Positions 1 to 6,817 of a DNA stretch of 6,877 nucleotides are shown piece after piece. The notes below the pieces were generated by a model. The model saw only the letters and a program-made list of their open reading frames with translations, was not told the DNA's origin and ran no database searches. Source of the DNA: an uncultured archaeon (GTDB taxonomy: Archaea; Asgardarchaeota; Lokiarchaeia; Sigyniarchaeales; Promethearchaeaceae); assembly GCA_964426185.1 (NCBI GenBank), contig CAYRPF010000001.1, positions 24,821-31,697 of the forward strand, written 5' to 3'. The translations under genes and the position numbers were made by a program. The number at the start of each line of letters is the position of its first letter. Positions within the stretch are counted from its first letter, which is position 1.

Positions 1-848
1 GCAATTTCTGTCTGAGTTTTACGTTCGGGTGTGGGTTTTGCTGCAATATAAAGAGCTGCTGCTGCTAATCCTTTGGGATCTTTTCCTAATTTCTTTAATC
101 CATTACTAAGTGCAATCCGAAGCATATTTGAAGCTTGTTTTTGCACACCTACAGATAGTTTCAAATCATTACCGAAACGAAAAACTAAAGGTTCTGGAGA
201 AACAGGTTTATAACGCATTTTTAAAACCGGAAAAACCATTCGAACAATTAGACCAAGAGATCGATGCACACTGCGCAATGGAAGCATAGCAACTTCGACT
301 ATTTCTTCTAATAATCGAGGAAAATTATGTATTCGAATAGCTGCGTAGACAGAAGCGGTTACAAAACTATCGATGGATCGGCCCATAGTAAGTTTTTGTT
401 TGGCTACTTCAGAGTAAATTTTCCAAGCTGTTTCAACGATATGTTCTGGAATTGTTAATTTTCGAGCTAATTGATTAAGCTTCGGCCGAGCTTCCCAAAA
501 ATTGCGCTCTAATGAATTCACTAAAGACCCTTGAATTTTTGATAATCGGTTAAACATTGCCTGGCGTTTTCCATGCAACGATTGGCCTTTTGCATCGGGC
601 GAATTTATACCTATTATAGTTCGAGGGCCATAATTTCTCCAACGAGGTTCAGTGCGTCTCCGATTTTTAACTTCATCTGCAGTATAAGCTCTTTTTTCGT
701 GAGATACATATGCACGACCAAGCACTAAACCACAGCTGGCACAGACACGCATTCCTTCAGAATTTACAATGATGTCAGGTGAATTGCAACATTGAACTTC
801 AGATTCATCGTAATCTTTTTCATAAATAGTGGGAATTGCCATATTCAT
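1..848 (-). CDS. tfb: Transcription initiation factor IIB (TFB) family protein, divergent; 3' end truncated by the window edge
   Basis: Manual translation from ATG 848 (in-frame TTG at 851, TAG just upstream, alternative ATG 842) is open to position 1, about 282 aa. It shows a Zn ribbon (QCCNSPDIIVNSEGMRVCASCGLV), B-reader-like HEKRAY, linker SLERNFWEA, cyclin repeat 1 (GRSIDSFVTASVYAAIR) and repeat 2 (GKDPKGLAAAALYIAA...RKTQTEIA). Confidence 0.95.
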   Translation of the reverse strand, partial: MNMAIPTIYEKDYDESEVQCCNSPDIIVNSEGMRVCASCGLVLGRAYVSHEKRAYTADEVKNRRRTEPRWRNYGPRTIIGINSPDAKGQSLHGKRQAMFNRLSKIQGSLVNSLERNFWEARPKLNQLARKLTIPEHIVETAWKIYSEVAKQKLTMGRSIDSFVTASVYAAIRIHNFPRLLEEIVEVAMLPLRSVHRSLGLIVRMVFPVLKMRYKPVSPEPLVFRFGNDLKLSVGVQKQASNMLRIALSNGLKKLGKDPKGLAAAALYIAAKPTPERKTQTEI

Positions 849-868
849 CAACTAGGGTAAAGGGTTTA

Positions 869-876
869 TTATTAAA
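869..876 (-). promoter_or_regulatory. Candidate proximal TATA box (TTTAATAA) for a leaderless tfb transcript
   Basis: Starts 28 nt upstream of ATG 848. The BRE position is not purine-rich, so support is modest. Confidence 0.4.
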
Positions 877-882
877 GTGAAA

Positions 883-905
883 ATTGAACTTTTTCAAAGT
901 TCGAT
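883..905. promoter_or_regulatory. Imperfect palindrome, candidate operator or 5'-UTR hairpin of tfb
   Basis: ATTGAACTTT-TTC-AAAGTTCGAT, with a perfect 7-3-7 core GAACTTT/AAAGTTC at 886-902. Confidence 0.4.
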
Positions 906-968
906 GAGGGGTGATCAAATTTTAATAACTATGAGTTTTGTATCGGTTTTCATACTTATAGTTAATGG

Positions 969-983
969 TTAATAAATTTTTGT
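969..983 (-). promoter_or_regulatory. Candidate distal BRE-TATA promoter for tfb
   Basis: Minus strand reads ACAAAAA-TTTATTAA, a good archaeal BRE plus TATA. It would give a ~100-nt 5' UTR. Confidence 0.45.
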
Positions 984-1374
984 AATTTGCATTGTGATTT
1001 TTCTCATAATCGAGATGTTCGACTATAAATTAGATGAAAATATTTCAATTTTTCTGCGAGGGTATTCTGTTTTTTGCATTTTTTTTTTACTAAATTGGAA
1101 AATGAGTAATGTGTTACAATTAAAATTGGAATTTTTCCAAGTTATGTGCAGTACATTTGAAAATAAGTAATTCTATTTTTTCTAGATTTTTACTCAAAAT
1201 CAAACGTTTACTTTTTACGACACTTATAAAATATAATACTCCAAAGTGAAGTGAATTTTTGATGGCGATTTCAATTTTTTTTTGGATATTCTGCAAAGAA
1301 GTAAATTATTTGGGGCAAATGTTTGATATAAAAAAGATGAAAGTATAAAATTTGATCAAATAACTCACGAAAAA

Positions 1375-4062
1375 TCATTTTGAAGATAATTTTTCCAAAA
1401 TCTTATGATCTCTCGGGAGAAGCTTAATAGGGTTTACATCAATACCCGTTAGAGTAGTATACCCTTTGAATCGACCATAAGCTGAGAATATTTCTATTTC
1501 TTCATGAAATTTTATGAAGATTAGATCAATTGGATGCTTAGTTTTATATGTATGCTTGTTAATCCTGATGTTTAAAGGATAATATTGATGAGAAATTGGA
1601 TTTACACCATTGTATATACATGCTGTTAAATGTCCTTCCTCTATTCGGAGAAGTTGGGCTGTATGTCCTACAATATGGGTTTGAATTCTACTGCTAAATC
1701 CCGAATCTGGTTGAAAGATATGAATCGAAACAGGTAAGGTAAAATGAGTTTGGAGATTAAAAATAAAAATATGTTGAATATTTTTTTCTGGATGTTGATA
1801 TACAACCACATGTATCTTGTGTCGGAATAAATATTCTGTTCGAATGGATATATCTATTTTGCGATTTATTCCTTTAGATTGAAGGAAACGGAGTAGAAGA
1901 TTTATGGTTTTTAATGAATTAAATCGTAGTTTAGGATTCAGACGATCTTGGCTTAACCATGACATAAATTCAGGATAGGAAACAGCTTCAAAATCAATAA
2001 CTGGCGATTTTGGAAGTTTGAAGTTTATGCGAATTAGAACTCGTGTAAGAAAATCTATCAAATAAAACCACGCAGTTTTTTTAACTTCAAAAGGATTATT
2101 TGGATGGAACAGCAATAATCCATTACTTTTGGAAAAAGCACAAATTCGTTTTCTATGAGATTTTCTAAGATGACTAGATTTTTCCATGGAAGAAGAAAAA
2201 AAATCCTTCAGAATAGTACATGGTGCAAAATTTTCATCATACTCGGGTATTTCTCCAAAAAGAAATACTATTCCTCCATTTTGCACATAATTAACTAACT
2301 TTCTTTGTACATTTTGCCCTAAAAAGAAAGATGTCCCAAAAAGTAACATTTTATTTTTTTGAGAGTAAGATTTATTTTTATCTAATTGATTGTTTTCACG
2401 ATAAGGGTGAGATATAAAGGTTTTAAGATTTTCATACTCTAAGTTTACCAAATCATAGTCTAAATGCAGATGTTGCATGGCTAAATGAAATTGTGTCCAA
2501 AAATCCTGACCAAAAAATGGTGGATTTCTAATATTTAGATGGTTTCGTTTCCAAAGTTTCGGATCATGTCCCACATATGCCGCTAACTGAACGTAAGGCA
2601 TGTAAATTCCTATACTTAATAAGGCATCTTGTTTGGTTTCTAGAAACTCACTTCCAAAATATTTCCCGAAATATCGATTTATTCCCTCCATCAATTTAAA
2701 TTTATTTCCACTTATTCCTAAGACATCGATAGCTGCGTGAGTAGGATATGGTTGAACAATTCTTCTATCTAACCCTGCATCCCATGATTTAGAAGCAACA
2801 ATTGGCGTTTGAGAATATCCAGGTGATTTCAGAGAACAGCTTAATAATGTTTGGTAAAGTGAAGTAAACGCATATTCAAATTTAGTTGATGAATGCTTCC
2901 GAAGTCCCCAATTAATTGCATTATTTGCTCGCTTTGCATATTTCATCATGATTGAATGACGAGCATAACTGGTCCGATGATAATTTTCAGCCTTACTCCA
3001 ATGGGTAAAGGTGCAAATTACTCCTGTTTCTCGTTCAATTTGAGCCAAATTTACTCGAGTTAACCAAACATCTAAACCAACTCGCAAATCCATTGGTGAT
3101 TCCCATTGGACCAAAAATATGGGGGAAGAATGCTTATACTTCGATAAATCTGTAAGGAAAGATTCCGTTTTGTCTTTTTCGAATGGAAAATGCAACATTG
3201 CACGGAGGTTTCGAAGCCAATTGATATATCTATTATTATTAAACTCAATCCAATCGTTTACAATTAATAAATTTGCAAAATGACGATATTTTCTGTTACC
3301 TTGATATATCGAAGGCGGTATGATTTCTGACCAGTTTTTGTAAGGAGTATGATGATATTTATTGAATCTTGAGATATCGGTATATTTCTGATGCAAGAAC
3401 TTCCAAAAAGCATGAATATTTGGCACTGAATAATCTCCAATGACCCAATAAGGTGATTTCCCTTCCGCATAAAATCCTTGATAACCTAATTGAAGAAAAA
3501 TAATCCGACCCTTAGGATAACTGAAAGATTGTAGAATATTTTGGGAAATTTCTGCAAAGAACTCTTGCAAATATTGCAGAAAAACGCGATCATACGGAGA
3601 AGGTAGTGGCTCCCCCCGAAGTGGTTTCCATCGATTTTTTGAACGTTCTCGATGACCACGCAGAAAAAGATGATTTCGATAACTTTCGATATTTGGATTA
3701 TTCTGAGGATTAACGAAATCTGGCATTCCTCCATATGTTAAACTAGGATCACTAAAGGGACCAAGGCTTAAGCTAATTAAAAATCCCATTTTTTGACACA
3801 ATTGTAGAAAATGTTTAAGGTTTCGATTGGCTTGGGATCTTCCTTCGAAATCAAATTCTTGGGAATTATTTTCAAGATTTAATTGTGAGTGATGTCTCCA
3901 TGGAACCGCACAATGGATAGTATTACAACCGAGTTCCTTCAATTTGGTCAGTCGATCCTCCCAGTTTTCTGTAGCATCACGATAATATGGATATTCCCCA
4001 GCAACAATAAAACAAGGTTTGCCATCTTCCCAAATGGTGCCTCCTCGAATTTCCAAAACCAT
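1375..4062 (-). CDS. GH35/GH42-like beta-galactosidase / exo-beta-glucosaminidase (GlmA)-architecture protein, probably catalytically degenerate
   Basis: N-terminal GH35 signatures DGKPCFIVAGEYPYYR, WEDRLTKLKELGCNTIHCAVPWRHH, FDFEG and GPF...YGGMPDF. C-terminal trimerisation (class I GATase-like) segment QRKLVNYVQNGGIVFLFGEIPEYDENFAPCTILKDF. The true start is probably ATG 4062 (MVLEIRGG, 895 aa) rather than TTG 4209, because family similarity begins there. Confidence 0.85.
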   Translation of the reverse strand: MVLEIRGGTIWEDGKPCFIVAGEYPYYRDATENWEDRLTKLKELGCNTIHCAVPWRHHSQLNLENNSQEFDFEGRSQANRNLKHFLQLCQKMGFLISLSLGPFSDPSLTYGGMPDFVNPQNNPNIESYRNHLFLRGHRERSKNRWKPLRGEPLPSPYDRVFLQYLQEFFAEISQNILQSFSYPKGRIIFLQLGYQGFYAEGKSPYWVIGDYSVPNIHAFWKFLHQKYTDISRFNKYHHTPYKNWSEIIPPSIYQGNRKYRHFANLLIVNDWIEFNNNRYINWLRNLRAMLHFPFEKDKTESFLTDLSKYKHSSPIFLVQWESPMDLRVGLDVWLTRVNLAQIERETGVICTFTHWSKAENYHRTSYARHSIMMKYAKRANNAINWGLRKHSSTKFEYAFTSLYQTLLSCSLKSPGYSQTPIVASKSWDAGLDRRIVQPYPTHAAIDVLGISGNKFKLMEGINRYFGKYFGSEFLETKQDALLSIGIYMPYVQLAAYVGHDPKLWKRNHLNIRNPPFFGQDFWTQFHLAMQHLHLDYDLVNLEYENLKTFISHPYRENNQLDKNKSYSQKNKMLLFGTSFFLGQNVQRKLVNYVQNGGIVFLFGEIPEYDENFAPCTILKDFFSSSMEKSSHLRKSHRKRICAFSKSNGLLLFHPNNPFEVKKTAWFYLIDFLTRVLIRINFKLPKSPVIDFEAVSYPEFMSWLSQDRLNPKLRFNSLKTINLLLRFLQSKGINRKIDISIRTEYLFRHKIHVVVYQHPEKNIQHIFIFNLQTHFTLPVSIHIFQPDSGFSSRIQTHIVGHTAQLLRIEEGHLTACIYNGVNPISHQYYPLNIRINKHTYKTKHPIDLIFIKFHEEIEIFSAYGRFKGYTTLTGIDVNPIKLLPRDHKILEKLSSK

Positions 4063-4207
4063 CAAAAATCTAAAAAACGCTTTTGCATATGAATTTTGTT
4101 TTTCGATTTTTGGTGAGTAGGAAAGCGCATTTTCTTCAGTATGTAAAGTGATTGAATTTAACACATTTATTTTTTTCACAGCAAGAGATATTTCTCTCCA
4201 ATAAGGC

Positions 4208-4221
4208 AAAAAATGATAAAT
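4208..4221 (+). promoter_or_regulatory. Candidate BRE/TATA for the box C/D RNA
   Basis: AAAAAA-TGATAAAT; the TATA-like element begins 26 nt upstream of the terminal stem at 4240. Confidence 0.4.
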
Positions 4222-4239
4222 TATCGCTCTTTACAGAAG

Positions 4240-4319
4240 ATGCAGATGATGATACTTCAAGAGGAAGACCGAAGCTGGAAACAGCTGATGATGAAATCTA
4301 CTCAGGGTATCTGATGCAT
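4240..4319 (+). ncRNA. Box C/D small RNA (sRNA/snoRNA-like), dual guide
   Basis: Stem ATGCA 4240-4244; box C ATGATGA 4246-4252; 16-nt spacer 4253-4268; box D' CCGA 4269-4272; hairpin AGCTG-GAAA-CAGCT 4273-4286; box C' ATGATGA 4288-4294; 16-nt spacer 4295-4310; box D CTGA 4311-4314; stem TGCAT 4315-4319. Both motif pairs have exact K-turn geometry (5-bp stem, GAT bulge, tandem GA). Confidence 0.88.
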
Positions 4320-4321
4320 GA

Positions 4322-4329
4322 TTTTTCTT
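4322..4329 (+). terminator. Oligo-T archaeal-type terminator candidate for the C/D RNA
   Basis: TTTTTCTT begins 3 nt after the terminal stem; a similar GATTTTCTTAA copy follows at 4338-4348. Confidence 0.45.
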
Positions 4330-4584
4330 AAACAGCCGATTTTCTTAATAAATACCATCACTTATACATTCTTATTATCATAGTCTTTGTATGGAACAGT
4401 ACATGTCGATTATCCCAAGCCCTGATGTACCCCAATGTTTATTCGCCATAATCAAATGCCCAAAGGTTACCCAAAATAAAATAAATATGAAATGTCAAAG
4501 TCATCTAATTTGCTCATGTTAGGATTTAATAAAAAATTTGGGCCAATTGACCAAATTCACCCCTGAAATTTTTTTTCCCGATTT

Positions 4585-4604
4585 TGCCAAATCTTTTTTA
4601 ATAC
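4585..4604 (+). promoter_or_regulatory. Candidate promoter for a leaderless permease transcript
   Basis: TTTAATAC at 4597-4604 starts 30 nt before ATG 4627; GCCAAA lies upstream; no SD before the ATG. Confidence 0.45.
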
Positions 4605-4626
4605 TTTTCTAAAGTAATACTTATAC

Positions 4627-6591
4627 ATGATTAAGAAACCCTTACCTACTGCCCAAAATCAATCAGATTTAAAAACTCAGAAATCCGAATCCAGCACAAT
4701 TTCAGGAAGAGTATCTTCAAAAACGCATCGACGTTATGGATTGGGGCAGATGTTAAGTCAAGGTCTTGGTGGAACTATTGGAGGTCCTATTTTTGTCATT
4801 ATTGGATATGCCTTGTCCGTGGCACGAAGTGGATTACTAATAGCCCTGTTACTAAATGGTATATTAATGCTCGGTTTTATTATGATTTTCTCTGAATTAG
4901 CTCTTTCTTTACCCATCATGGGCGGAGGATACAGTTTTTCTAAGGAAGCTATTGGCGGTGTGCAAGGGTTCTTAATCGGCTGGTTGATTTGGATCGGAAA
5001 TTTACTTTTTATTGCCATCTCGGGGATAGGTTTTGCCTATTCTCTCATCGTATTTTTACCAGACCGATGGATCAGCCATCCTGTAGTAAAATTAATAGGG
5101 TTTGGGATAGTGGTCATTTTTTTCATAATCAACTTACAATCTCCTAAAATATCCTCAATATTATCACGAGTATTGACATTTTCCATCATTGCAGGCTTTT
5201 TGACTTATCTCATCTGCGGTTTAATTTTTGGAAGCCGCCAAAATCCCGATTTTTCCATAAACGTATTTCAGGAACCTTTTACCTTCTCTGGCATGATGTC
5301 GATGATTGCCTATACATTTGTGATATATTGCGTCTACGAATGGAACTCCACCTTTGAATCTATGACCATCTCTTTTGATAAGATAAAACGACCTCGAAAA
5401 ACAATCCCACGCGCTTTTATTTATTCCATTTTAATAGCAATTGGAATCTACTGGTTGGTTACTTTCGTGACCTTGTTAAACATTGGCTCGTTTGAATCAT
5501 CCACTGCTTCGCTTGTTACTTCATCAAATACACCGCTTGCCGATGCATTCGGAATTATGTTGAATTCTCCTATCGGAATTTACTTTATGGGTGTAATTGG
5601 AATGATGGCAACCATGACATCCATAAATTCTGGGCTCCAAATGTCTTCTCATGTGTTGCATTCAATGGCACGGGATGGATTTATGCCCCCAATCTTGAAA
5701 AAAGAAAGACACGGGGTGCAATGGATAGCTTTAATTGTATCTACTATATTGGGCTTGTTAGTAGTGCTCACTTTGAACCTAGATGTAATTACTGAAATTA
5801 TTAACTTCATTTTTTTGGTGTCGATGATTTTCATGTCAATTTCCCTTATCGTTCTGAGAAAAACGCGGCCGAATTTGATTAGACCTTGGAAAATCCCGTT
5901 ATATCCTTTTCTTCCCATCTTTTCCATTATCGTGTGTTTGGTACTAATTAGCACTATGGTGGGCTCTTCACTAGGGCTTTTTGGTATAGTTTATGGGATT
6001 CTTATCCTAGTTTTTGGAGGTATTTATTATCTATTCCAAATATCCCGTCGTGATCGTATCTTCTTAATTTTTTACGGGGCTAAAGTAGGCGTCTCGCTTC
6101 TATATCTTTTAGTCTGGGGGTTATATCGCATAAGGTTTGAATGGATATCCTCCACACCAATTCCTGTTATAGATGTTATCAGTTTTATTTTACTTATTTT
6201 AGGCATCATTACGCTTATTTTTGACTTAATTCCCGCACGACAACTGGTAGCACGATTAAATCGCCGTAAATCTGATGTAGTTGTTGTGTCAGGCATAGTA
6301 AACCTCTCTCCCACCGCTGAACGCCGCGCCCATAATTTCACTTTAATTATTGCCTATTTTGAATTTATTACCAGTCTATTCTTTTTAATAATCGTTATTT
6401 TTTTTGGCTTCAAACTGCTCGCTCTAACATCACCCCTCTTCTCATCGGGTTCTTCGTTTTTGGCAGTGTTGTTCAGCACCCTTGGATTCATTTTAGCCGC
6501 CGTTTATGCAGTAAATGGTGGTGTTCGCCTTGTTACGGAAAAAGAATACATCACTATGCTTTCGGAACCAGCCACCGCTGATGTGGATTAA
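4627..6591 (+). CDS. APC superfamily amino acid/polyamine permease with C-terminal membrane extension
   Basis: 654 aa. TM1 GGTIGGPIF, FSELALSLPIMGGGYSF loop, GFLIGW, KRPRKTIPRA, SMARDGFMP and LRKTRPNLIRPWKIPLYP are all typical APC motifs. 12 core TM segments plus about 4 more. Confidence 0.92.
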   Translation: MIKKPLPTAQNQSDLKTQKSESSTISGRVSSKTHRRYGLGQMLSQGLGGTIGGPIFVIIGYALSVARSGLLIALLLNGILMLGFIMIFSELALSLPIMGGGYSFSKEAIGGVQGFLIGWLIWIGNLLFIAISGIGFAYSLIVFLPDRWISHPVVKLIGFGIVVIFFIINLQSPKISSILSRVLTFSIIAGFLTYLICGLIFGSRQNPDFSINVFQEPFTFSGMMSMIAYTFVIYCVYEWNSTFESMTISFDKIKRPRKTIPRAFIYSILIAIGIYWLVTFVTLLNIGSFESSTASLVTSSNTPLADAFGIMLNSPIGIYFMGVIGMMATMTSINSGLQMSSHVLHSMARDGFMPPILKKERHGVQWIALIVSTILGLLVVLTLNLDVITEIINFIFLVSMIFMSISLIVLRKTRPNLIRPWKIPLYPFLPIFSIIVCLVLISTMVGSSLGLFGIVYGILILVFGGIYYLFQISRRDRIFLIFYGAKVGVSLLYLLVWGLYRIRFEWISSTPIPVIDVISFILLILGIITLIFDLIPARQLVARLNRRKSDVVVVSGIVNLSPTAERRAHNFTLIIAYFEFITSLFFLIIVIFFGFKLLALTSPLFSSGSSFLAVLFSTLGFILAAVYAVNGGVRLVTEKEYITMLSEPATADVD

Positions 6592-6730
6592 AATTTCTGC
6601 AATTCTTTCTGCCACATCGACTGTGATACCAAAAAATTTTTTATCATTCACACTTTGCTAAATATTACATTGGTGATTATTTTTTCTTGATCGCACCTGA
6701 TCAGTTTTTTTATACGAATAACTAAATTGC

Positions 6731-6814
6731 GTAGGAGTAGCCAAGCATGGTCCACGGCGCTAGACTGAGGCTCTAGTCCATAGCGGCGCGAGGGTTCAAA
6801 TCCCTCCTCCTACA
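6731..6814 (+). tRNA. tRNA-Leu (anticodon GAG), intron-less, CCA not encoded
   Basis: Acceptor GTAGGAG/CTCCTAC with discriminator A6814; D arm GCC...TGG...GGC; anticodon stem CTAGA/TCTAG with loop CT-GAG-GC (GAG at 6767-6769); 13-nt variable region; T arm GAGGG-TTCAAAT-CCCTC. Confidence 0.97.
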
Positions 6815-6817
6815 TCC

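Noticed and set aside
906-972. Plus-strand SD-like GAGGGGTGAT with a 13-codon ORF at 931, and a 12-codon minus-strand uORF from 953
   Set aside because: SD-to-ATG spacing is too long, both ORFs are tiny, and the uORF start probably lies upstream of the predicted TSS.
3264-3734. Short minus-strand ORFs 3264-3470 and 3486-3734
   Set aside because: Out-of-frame ORFs nested in the GH35-like gene, with no recognisable motifs.
3889-4092. 67-aa plus-strand ORF
   Set aside because: Antisense shadow of the conserved GH35 N-terminus.
4063-4209. 49-aa N-terminal extension of the 944-aa ORF from TTG 4209
   Set aside because: No family-like sequence before MVLEIRGG. The region is AT-rich and promoter-like (minus-strand AAAACAAAATTCATAT about 25-40 nt before ATG 4062) and abuts the candidate sRNA promoter.
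4240-4319. TIGR-Tas array or IS110 bridge-RNA interpretation of the dual-spacer C/D unit
   Set aside because: Only one unit is present, with no tandem array, spacers longer than the ~9 nt of TIGR units, and no Nop-domain or transposase gene in the window.
4152-4331. Small plus-strand ORFs across the sRNA (~59 aa from TTG 4152 with DADDD/ADDE; ~33 aa from ATG 4213)
   Set aside because: The Asp/Met runs come from the GATGATGA boxes; the C/D structure explains the sequence far better.
4758-6341. Three minus-strand ORFs (4758-5018, 5649-5954, 6072-6341)
   Set aside because: Antisense shadows of the hydrophobic permease codons.
6705-6715. TTTTTTTATAC as the tRNA TATA box
   Set aside because: Standard spacing would put the TSS at or inside the mature tRNA 5' end, so it could not be assigned confidently.
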